A DNA stretch of 64,000 bases, taken from contig JAQCBH010000001.1 in NCBI GenBank assembly GCA_027621365.1, positions 133,308-197,307 on the forward strand, read 5' to 3'. A program made the position numbers and the translations under genes. The DNA comes from Bacteroidota bacterium. GTDB taxonomy: Bacteria > Bacteroidota > Bacteroidia > NS11-12g > UBA955. The notes below the pieces were generated by a model. It ran no database searches. It worked only from the letters and a program-made list of their open reading frames with translations, and was not told where the DNA came from. Positions 45,691 to 52,891 of the stretch are shown here, in pieces; the stretch's first letter is position 1; each line of letters begins with the position of its first letter.

Positions 45691-45727
45691 GATTCGTGAA
45701 AACAACAATCCTTAATGATGAAACACT
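45691..45727. repeat. right arm of the inverted repeat: an inverted copy of the paralog 5' leader plus ATGATGAAACACT
   Basis: See the left arm at 45515-45546. On the plus strand it opens only a 17-codon ORF (MMKHWIVGFSGYCLVIF*). Confidence 0.8.
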
Positions 45728-45746
45728 GGATCGTCGGTTTCTCGGG

Positions 45747-45941
45747 TTACTGTTTGGTGATCTTCTGAGTCACGCGGGCGTTTTCTGACGTTACCGTCAA
45801 CATGTACACGCCGCTGGCCAAGTCGCTGATGTTCACGCTAGTCAAGCCCATATTGGCTTCCTGTGCGCTGTACACCACCTGACCGCTCATTGTGGTCACG
45901 ATCAAGTTCACCTGGCTGCCGATGGTCTCGGTCATGGCCAC
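45747..45941 (-). pseudogene. orphan 3' fragment of a fourth paralog (T9SS CTD only)
   Basis: The 64-aa ORF MAMTETIGSQVNLIVTTMSGQVVYSAQEANMGLTSVNISDLASGVYMLTVTSENARVTQKITKQ is essentially identical to the CTD of paralog 3. Homology stops abruptly at 45941/45942 and is replaced by AT-rich sequence. Confidence 0.85.
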
Positions 45942-46104
45942 ACACGGATTAAAAATACCTATAATTGAGCCAACAATGACTCTAGTAATTAACCCTAATT
46001 GATCAAATAATCACAATAAATCAATAAGAATGAATAGTTTCAATATCGAAGAAACTAAAAACTATAACCCTAAACAGGAATGAAACTCTGGGCGAGAAAT
46101 TTTC

Positions 46105-47646
46105 TCAAGTCAATGATGAGCAAACAGCACCCGCGACACGAATACCGTCTAATGCGGCGCTCATGATGCCACCGGCGTAACCGGCTCCTTCCCCACAAGG
46201 GTACAAGTTTTCTATGCCTGGGTGGCTCAGTTTTTCAGCGTCGCGCGGAATGCGAACCGGCGAAGAGGTGCGGCTTTCGACCGCTACCAAAATGGCTTGG
46301 TTGGTTCGGAATGCCGGCATTTTCTGACCCAATTGAACCAAAGCCGCGCGAATGCGCTCGTGAATGGCCGCTGGCAATACTTGGTTCAAATCATGCGATT
46401 GCAGACCGGGTATGTAGGAGTTAGACGGCAAATCGGCGCTGCGCTTTTGCTGAATGAAATCTTCGATGCGCTGTGCCGGGGCTTGAATCGAACCCGTCAG
46501 TTGAAAGCAAGCTTGTTCCACTTGGGTTTGGTAGACCAAACCACTCAATGGCCCTTGAGACGCATAGGGAGCGAAATCCTTCTGGTCAACCGAAACCACG
46601 AATCCAGAGTTCGCGTAGGGGTTGTTGCGCTTGCTGGGGCTCCAACCGTTGACCACGATTTCTCCGGGCGCCGTAGCAGCCGGTGCGATGATGCCTCCTG
46701 GGCACATGCAAAAGGAGAAAACACCGCGGCCGTTGACCTGCTCCACCAAACTGTAAGAACTCGGCGGTAAGTAGGGCCCTCGCCCATCGCATTTGTATTG
46801 GATCTGATCGATGGTCTCTTGGCTATGCTCGAGACGCACTCCCAAGGCAAAGGGTTTGGCTTCAATGGCTATCTGTTTGCGATGCAGGAGCTCGAAGATG
46901 TCCCGGGCCGAGTGGCCGGTGGCTAGGATGACCTTCTCAACCACAACGCTGAATTCGCTGGAAAGGGAAAGGGACACGATTTTGCCGAACTCTAGCTTCA
47001 TGTCTACCACCTGGGAATCGAAGAGCACTTCTCCCCCCGCGGCGATGATGCTCTCGCGCAGGCTTTCGACCAGCTGGGGTAATTTATTGGTACCAATGTG
47101 CGGATGCGCCAACCACTGAATCGACTCAGGCGCGCCGTGCTCGATGAGACTGCGAAGCACCTTGGAAACCGGGCCTCGCTTGGTGCTGCGCGTGTACAAC
47201 TTGCCGTCGCTGTAGGTGCCGGCACCGCCTTCGCCAAAGCAGTAATTGCTATTGGAGTCGACCTGGCCCGTTCGGTTGAGCTGAGCCAAATCGCGACGGC
47301 GACGCTTGACATCTTTTCCGCGCTCCAGAATCACCGGCTTGAAACCCTGCTCGATCAGCGCCAATGCTGCGTAAAGTCCCGCAGGGCCAGCCCCGATGAT
47401 ATGCACCTCAGGTGCGGCACTCACATTCTGCAAGCGAAAGCCCTCTTCGTGCTGCACCTTTTCATGCGAAGCATAAACATCAGCACTGATGATCACCTTC
47501 GGGTGACGACTGCGCGAATCGATCGATTCTTTGACGCGAAGCACCTCTCCCATGGGCAAACCCACTGTGTGCAAGAACTGCATGCGAACCAAATCTTCAT
47601 CGGCTGCTTGCTTGGGATTGAACACGAGTTGGAGGCGCTGTGGCAT
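46105..47646 (-). CDS. FAD-dependent oxidoreductase (NAD(FAD)-utilising dehydrogenase, COG2509-like)
   Basis: The start was chosen at MPQRLQL (47646). The dinucleotide motif is IIGAGPAGLYAAL. The text FGEGGAGTYSDGKLYTR is typical of this family. Confidence 0.7.
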   Translation of the reverse strand: MPQRLQLVFNPKQAADEDLVRMQFLHTVGLPMGEVLRVKESIDSRSRHPKVIISADVYASHEKVQHEEGFRLQNVSAAPEVHIIGAGPAGLYAALALIEQGFKPVILERGKDVKRRRRDLAQLNRTGQVDSNSNYCFGEGGAGTYSDGKLYTRSTKRGPVSKVLRSLIEHGAPESIQWLAHPHIGTNKLPQLVESLRESIIAAGGEVLFDSQVVDMKLEFGKIVSLSLSSEFSVVVEKVILATGHSARDIFELLHRKQIAIEAKPFALGVRLEHSQETIDQIQYKCDGRGPYLPPSSYSLVEQVNGRGVFSFCMCPGGIIAPAATAPGEIVVNGWSPSKRNNPYANSGFVVSVDQKDFAPYASQGPLSGLVYQTQVEQACFQLTGSIQAPAQRIEDFIQQKRSADLPSNSYIPGLQSHDLNQVLPAAIHERIRAALVQLGQKMPAFRTNQAILVAVESRTSSPVRIPRDAEKLSHPGIENLYPCGEGAGYAGGIMSAALDGIRVAGAVCSSLT

Positions 47647-47746
47647 GGGGCAAAGGTAGCCCCGAGCACAGCATAGCTTGGCGGCTAGAGCCCGTAGAGT
47701 TTTCATCAGCCCAAAGACCCGTCCAATTTGCCTATTTTTGTGCTTC

Positions 47747-48739
47747 ATGAAAGAAACGGTGGTCAGCGGCATTCGCCCAACAGGGAAATTGCACTTGGGA
47801 AATTACTTCGGAGCATACAAGAACTTTTTGCGCTTGCAAGAAGAAACCAATGCCTATTTCTTCATTGCCGACTACCATTCCTTGACCACCCACCCCACTC
47901 CGGGTGACTTGAAATCAAGCGTGCGCCGCGTATTGGCCGAGTACATTGCCCTGGGATTGGATCCCGAAAAATGCACCGTCTACATTCAAAGCGACGTGCC
48001 CGAAACAGCCGAGCTGTATTTGTTCTTGAATATGAACGCCTATTTAGGCGAATTGGAGCGCGTGACCTCTTTCAAAGAAAAGGCCCGTACCCAACCCAAC
48101 AACATCAACGCCGGCTTGTTGACCTACCCCGTATTGATGGCAGCTGACATTTTGTTGCACCGCGGTGTAAAAGTGCCTGTAGGCAAAGACCAGGAACAGC
48201 ACTTGGAGATGTCGCGAACCTTTGCCAACCGCTTCAATCGCTTGTACAACGTGGAGTATTTCCCCGAGCCTACAGCCTTCAACTTTGGCACCGAATTGGT
48301 CAAAGTACCCGGACTGACCGGCGGCGGCAAAATGAGCAAAAGCGCCGGAGAAGCCGACAGCATTTACCTGGACGAAGAGGCCTCCGTATTGAAGAAGAAA
48401 ATCATGCGTGCGGTTAGCGACAGTGGCAACGAGCCCGGTGCGCCCAAGTCCCAACCCGTACAAAACTTGTTCGACCTCATGAATTTGGTCTGCGCCCCCG
48501 AGGTCATCGCCTCTTTTGAGACCGACCATAAGGCCGGTAGCATTCGCTATGGCGACTTGAAAAAGCAGCTGGCCGAAGACATGGAAACCTTCATTGCTCC
48601 CTTGCGCGATCGCATCCAAGCCACCTTGGGCGACAGCAAGCGATTGGACGAAATTGCCGCCTATGGCGCTGAAAAAGCCCGATTGAGCGCCCAAAAAACC
48701 TTGCGCGAAGTGCGTGAAATCATCGGGTTTTCCCGTTAA
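47747..48739 (+). CDS. trpS: tryptophan--tRNA ligase
   Basis: The start is at MKETVVSGIRPTGKLHLGNYFG, which contains the HIGH-type motif. The KMSKS motif is present (GGGKMSKSAG). Length is about 330 aa. Confidence 0.92.
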   Translation: MKETVVSGIRPTGKLHLGNYFGAYKNFLRLQEETNAYFFIADYHSLTTHPTPGDLKSSVRRVLAEYIALGLDPEKCTVYIQSDVPETAELYLFLNMNAYLGELERVTSFKEKARTQPNNINAGLLTYPVLMAADILLHRGVKVPVGKDQEQHLEMSRTFANRFNRLYNVEYFPEPTAFNFGTELVKVPGLTGGGKMSKSAGEADSIYLDEEASVLKKKIMRAVSDSGNEPGAPKSQPVQNLFDLMNLVCAPEVIASFETDHKAGSIRYGDLKKQLAEDMETFIAPLRDRIQATLGDSKRLDEIAAYGAEKARLSAQKTLREVREIIGFSR

Positions 48740-48748
48740 CATTGTACC

Positions 48749-49705
48749 ATGACCGACATTTCGATCGTCATACCCCTTTTCAACGAAGACGAATCTTTGC
48801 CCGAGTTGCACGCTTGGATTCAGCGCGTTTGTGCCGAACACAAGCTCTCCTATGAGGTACTCTTGCTCGATGATGGTTCTACCGACAATTCTTGGTCGGT
48901 CATTGAATCCCTAGCCCAGCAAGATTCTAGCGTTCGCGGCATTCGCATGCGCAAGAACTACGGCAAAAGCGCGGCCTTGAACGTCGGTTTCAAAGAAGCC
49001 GTCGGTGAGGTTGTCATCACCATGGATGCCGACTTGCAGGACAGCCCCGACGAAATTCCCGAGCTGCGCCGCATGATTCAGGAAGAAGGATTCGACGTGG
49101 TTTCCGGCTGGAAAAAGAAACGATACGACCCCCTGTCTAAGACCATACCCACCAAATTGTTCAATTGGGCTACCCGTAAAATGAGCGATTTGGAACTGCA
49201 CGATTTCAACTGCGGCCTCAAAGCCTACCGCAACGAGGTGGTGAAGAACATCGAAGTCTACGGGGAAATGCACCGCTACATACCCGTCATCGCCAAGTGG
49301 AATGGCTTTCCCAAGATTGGCGAGAAAGCCGTCGAGCACCGCGCCCGCAAATTCGGCAGTACCAAGTTTGGCATGGACCGCTTCATCAACGGCTTTTTGG
49401 ACTTGATGAGCTTGTACTTCATGTCCAAGTTCGGCAAACGCCCCATGCACTTTTTTGGCCTTTACGGGGTCTTGAGCTTTGTCATCGGCTTCGCAATGGC
49501 CGCTTGGATTTTGATCGACAAATTGGTGCACGTTTGGCAAAACACTTCGGCTCGTTTGGTCACCGACAATCCCCTGTTCTACATCGGATTGATCGCCATG
49601 GTCATCGGCACCCAGCTGTTCCTCGCTGGATTCTTGGGTGAATTGGTCAGCCGCAGCAATCCCGAACGGGACCAGTACAACATTCGCCAACGCACCGACT
49701 CATGA
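48749..49705 (+). CDS. family 2 glycosyltransferase (polyprenol-phosphate glycosyltransferase-like)
   Basis: Motifs IVIPLFNEDESL, LLDDGSTDNS and MDADLQDSP are present, followed by two C-terminal TM helices. Confidence 0.85.
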   Translation: MTDISIVIPLFNEDESLPELHAWIQRVCAEHKLSYEVLLLDDGSTDNSWSVIESLAQQDSSVRGIRMRKNYGKSAALNVGFKEAVGEVVITMDADLQDSPDEIPELRRMIQEEGFDVVSGWKKKRYDPLSKTIPTKLFNWATRKMSDLELHDFNCGLKAYRNEVVKNIEVYGEMHRYIPVIAKWNGFPKIGEKAVEHRARKFGSTKFGMDRFINGFLDLMSLYFMSKFGKRPMHFFGLYGVLSFVIGFAMAAWILIDKLVHVWQNTSARLVTDNPLFYIGLIAMVIGTQLFLAGFLGELVSRSNPERDQYNIRQRTDS

Positions 49706-50856
49706 GCGCTTCGGCCGGCAACAAGCCAATGGCCGTCATCGTAGGTCCGGCTCACCCTCTTCGCGGCGGATTGGCCACCTACAACGAACGCCTGGCCCGC
49801 GAACTGGCCCAACAGTACCAGGTGCGCATCTTGACCTTTTCGCTGCAATACCCCGGGTTTTTGTTTCCCGGTCAAACCCAATTCTCCAACGACCCCAAAC
49901 CTAGCGACTTGGACCTCGACGTGAGCTTGAACTCAGTCAACCCCTTGAATTGGATTCGCACTGGTTTGCGCTACCGACGCCTAGCGCCAGATTTGATCAT
50001 TTTTCGCTGGTGGATGCCCTTTTTCGGACCCTGTTTTGGCACCTTTGCCCGCATTGTACGCGGCAACAAGCACAGCCACTTGGTCGCCATTACCGACAAC
50101 ATCATTCCCCACGAAAAGCGCTTTTTCGACAAGCCCTTTAGCCGCTGGTTTTTGCCTGCTTTGCACGGCGCTGTAGCCATGAGCAAAAGTGTATTGCTCG
50201 ACCTCCAAGAATACCCCTTGTCGCGCAAGGTAGCCAAGGCTGAATACCACCCCCATCCCTTGTACGACAACTTCGGTGCGGGCGAAAGCCGCGAAGAGGC
50301 TTGTACCGCCTTGGGGCTAGACCCAGAATACCGATACCTGCTGTTTTTTGGCTTCATTCGCCGCTACAAGGGCTTGGATCTGCTCTTGGAAGCCATGTCC
50401 TTGCTAAAGGACCATCCCCACTGGAAATTGATCGTCGCCGGCGAATTCTACGAAGAAGCCGAACCCTATTTGGACTTCATCAAGCAAGAAGGCTTGCAGA
50501 AGCGCATACTGCAGCACACGCACTTCATTGAAAACGACGATGTGCGCCACTATTTCTGCGCCAGCGATTGCGTGGTTCAGCCCTACCGCAGCGCCACCCA
50601 AAGCGGAGTGAGCCAGATTGCCTACCACTTCCAAACCCCCATGATCATCACCGATGTGGGAGGATTGTCGGAATTGGTTCCCCACCAAAAGGCAGGCTGG
50701 GTTTGCCAACCCCATGCAGCGGCCATTGCCAATAGCATCGAAGCCATCATGAAACCCTCGGTCCTGGCTGACATTCGCCAACATCTGGGCGAATTGAAAA
50801 AAGGCTTTTCCTGGGCATCGATGGTTAAGGCCTTGCAGCGGGTTGCTCAAGGTTGA
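49702..50856 (+). CDS. GT-B fold glycosyltransferase (GT4-like)
   Basis: 384 aa. The C-terminal half has the GT1/GT4 signature region (LLFFGFIRRYKGLDLLLEA...VQPYRSATQSGVSQIAYHFQTPMIITDVGGLSELV). The start overlaps the upstream stop (ATGA). Confidence 0.8.
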   Translation: MSASAGNKPMAVIVGPAHPLRGGLATYNERLARELAQQYQVRILTFSLQYPGFLFPGQTQFSNDPKPSDLDLDVSLNSVNPLNWIRTGLRYRRLAPDLIIFRWWMPFFGPCFGTFARIVRGNKHSHLVAITDNIIPHEKRFFDKPFSRWFLPALHGAVAMSKSVLLDLQEYPLSRKVAKAEYHPHPLYDNFGAGESREEACTALGLDPEYRYLLFFGFIRRYKGLDLLLEAMSLLKDHPHWKLIVAGEFYEEAEPYLDFIKQEGLQKRILQHTHFIENDDVRHYFCASDCVVQPYRSATQSGVSQIAYHFQTPMIITDVGGLSELVPHQKAGWVCQPHAAAIANSIEAIMKPSVLADIRQHLGELKKGFSWASMVKALQRVAQG

Positions 50857-51195
50857 AGCTGCCTCTGTGGGCTCTTGATTTTGGCATTTCTTTTGCATTT
50901 TCTGCAAAAAATCACCGCATAAAAATCGCATTTTTCGCAAAATCTTCTCGGGCCTTTTGGCTTTCGCCTTCTTGCTTCCCGATTCGGTATTGGCCATACC
51001 CCAAAGCGGCTCTTCTGCTTCGCATTGGGAACAATCAGAAACAGGACCTAGAGCGCGGAAATTGCGCCGAGAAAAACGCCAACGCGTTCGCCGCATCAAA
51101 CGCCGGCATGAACTGCGAAAGCTGCGCCGTAGCCATCGCCAAAAAGTTCGCCTCGGCGAGATCATATTTAGACCCTGAAGGGCGATCTTTGGCCC

Positions 51196-51624
51196 ATGGC
51201 TACCGCCCCCTATCCTTGCTTTTAGCTGAAAGACAATGCCCGAGAAGCAGCCGATTATTACTGCTCCATTTTCCCCGATTCGCGCATCATAAACGCCAAC
51301 CCTATGGCAGTTGTTTTTGACTTGAATGGCTCCCGCCACATGGCCCTAAACGGGGCTGGCGACCACGGCTTCAACGAAGGCATTTCCTTGGTCATCACCT
51401 GCGACAACCAGGAAGAAATCGATCACTACTGGGACCGTCTCAGCGAGAACGGACAGCCCGGTCGCTGCGGATGACTAAAAGACAAATTCGGCGTTTCCTG
51501 GCAAGTGGTACCCCGCATTTTGGGTGAGTTGATGAGCAACCCAGAAACAGCCCCCAAAACCATGTACGCTTTCATGCAAATGAGCAAGTTTGACATCGCA
51601 AAACTCCTCGAAGCTCAAGCGTAA
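51196..51624 (+). pseudogene. PhnB-like / 3-demethylubiquinone-9 3-methyltransferase-domain (VOC superfamily) gene with two in-frame stops
   Basis: Read through, frame 1 gives MATAPYPCF*LKDNAREAADYYCSIFPDSRIINANPMAVVFDLNGSRHMALNGAGDHGFNEGISLVITCDNQEEIDHYWDRLSENGQPGRCG*LKDKFGVSWQVVPRILGELMSNPETAPKTMYAFMQMSKFDIAKLLEAQA*. The TAG at 51223-51225 and the TGA at 51472-51474 fall at the Trp of the family motifs P-x-L-W-F and C-G-W-L-K-D. Confidence 0.8.
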
Positions 51625-51660
51625 ATTCTCAATACAAAACCCTAAATTTGCACCCCGCAC

Positions 51661-51748
51661 AGAGAGGTGTCCGAGTGGTTGAAGGAGCACGCCTGGAAAG
51701 TGTGTATACGCCAAAAGCGTATCGAGGGTTCGAATCCCTTCCTCTCTG
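51661..51748 (+). tRNA. tRNA-Ser (anticodon GGA)
   Basis: I folded the cloverleaf by hand. The acceptor stem is AGAGAGG/CCTCTCT with discriminator G. The anticodon stem is CACGC/GTGTG with loop CTGGAAA. A long variable arm makes it class II. The T arm is GAGGG-TTCGAAT-CCCTT. CCA is not encoded. Confidence 0.88.
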
Positions 51749-51757
51749 CAACCCCGC

Positions 51758-51787
51758 AAAAGCCCGATGCAACGCATCGGGCTTTTT
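51758..51787 (+). terminator. intrinsic terminator after tRNA-Ser
   Basis: A 10-bp stem (agcccgatgc/gcatcgggct) is followed by ttttt. Confidence 0.7.
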
Positions 51788-52402
51788 CATGCCCCAAAAC
51801 CGAGTCAAGCTTGCTTGAATGAAGGTGGCGGGGCATGAAAACCCACGCCGCAGGCGTGGGGCTTTTGCGGGGTTGACACTCCCCTCTTGGGATCAGCGAG
51901 CGAAGCGAGCTAGTTCCCGGCGCAAAACTCAGAATTTGTGTTGGATAGCCCTAGTTTTATCTCAATTGGTACGCACTAAAAAAATTCCGCTTTGTAATCT
52001 TGAATTGAATTTTCGAATAATACAGCAATTCGTTCAATACAGTTTTATTAAACACCAATCATTACTCAAGCAGACTTTAGGTTCTTCAACTGGGGAGTAT
52101 TACACTTTATCAACCAAGCTTTTGGTCCATTAACACTAGAGTTTTGCAATTTGATGATTTTGTATCAATATTTAGTAAATGTAATAGTTGAAATTTGCTT
52201 GTATGATCTAAACATAAATTAAGTTATGGCAAGGGTTAAAAAACATAACAAGAACATTTTTCGTTTCGAGATTGGAAGAAAGGATTTTCATGCTGGGAAT
52301 ACCGATAGAGGTCTTTCAGATAGAAATTCTAATCAAAGACCAATCCCCTACCGGATTATATTATTTAATTATCAGCTGTTACATAGTTTTGCCTTTGGCA
52401 AA

Positions 52403-52891
52403 ATGTGTCGAAAAGTAGTAGTAATGTTATTTTTGGCAACCTTAAATAAATCGTATTCTCAGGCCTGTCTATGGGAAATTTCCTGGGAACTTGATTGTAT
52501 TAGGAGTCTAAATATCGGGTTTAAATGTGGGCCTAGTGGTTTAAAAACATGCCAAAATAATTATGGGACAGTATCATTTTTCGCTTGCTGGTCGGCTCCG
52601 TCAAAATCTTACACATCGGCGTCACCTCCTTATTGTTATACCAATACGGGTTGGGTAGGCTCTCCTCCGAACTGTCTAACAAGAACAAGTTTATTGTTAT
52701 GTATAAATGGTGTTCCTTATGAGCATGGAGATATAATCTGTTGCAATGACCCACCTGGTGGTATATATCCGTATTATCCTTACTGTATTAGTTGCGGCTG
52801 TGCAATAGTTCAAATTGATGAAGCCGCTGAGAAAATAGACGTTACTGATCCTAGGCCGTTTGGGAACTTTTGCCCGCCGTCAGGAATTTAA
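52403..52891 (+). CDS. small secreted cysteine-rich protein of unknown function
   Basis: The start was chosen at MCRKVVVMLFLATLNKSYSQ, a signal peptide; the tracked ORF starts earlier at 52226. The mature part of about 140 aa has 14 Cys, including CC and CxxCxC clusters (DIICCNDPP, YCISCGCAI). The gene lies in an AT-rich segment. I recognise no family. Confidence 0.55.
   Translation: MCRKVVVMLFLATLNKSYSQACLWEISWELDCIRSLNIGFKCGPSGLKTCQNNYGTVSFFACWSAPSKSYTSASPPYCYTNTGWVGSPPNCLTRTSLLLCINGVPYEHGDIICCNDPPGGIYPYYPYCISCGCAIVQIDEAAEKIDVTDPRPFGNFCPPSGI

Noticed and set aside
45715-45768. 17-codon plus-strand ORF MMKHWIVGFSGYCLVIF* starting at the inverted ATGATGAAACACT copy.
   Set aside because: It is too short and runs antisense into the orphan CTD fragment. 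It is best explained as a by-product of the inverted leader copy rather than a gene.
50957-51178. 73-codon Arg/Lys-rich ORF (..RKLRREKRQRVRRIKRRHELRKLRRSHRQKV..) in the spacer after the GT4 gene.
   Set aside because: It has a TTG start only, no recognisable family, and extreme composition. The overlapping alternative frames are equally open. It is probably non-coding.
51472-51474. TGA as selenocysteine, or TGA/TAG reassigned to Trp (alternative genetic code).
   Set aside because: The aligned residue in the family is Trp, not Cys/Sec, and I saw no SECIS-like hairpin downstream. TGA, TAG and TAA all end many ordinary genes in this window, so there is no global reassignment.
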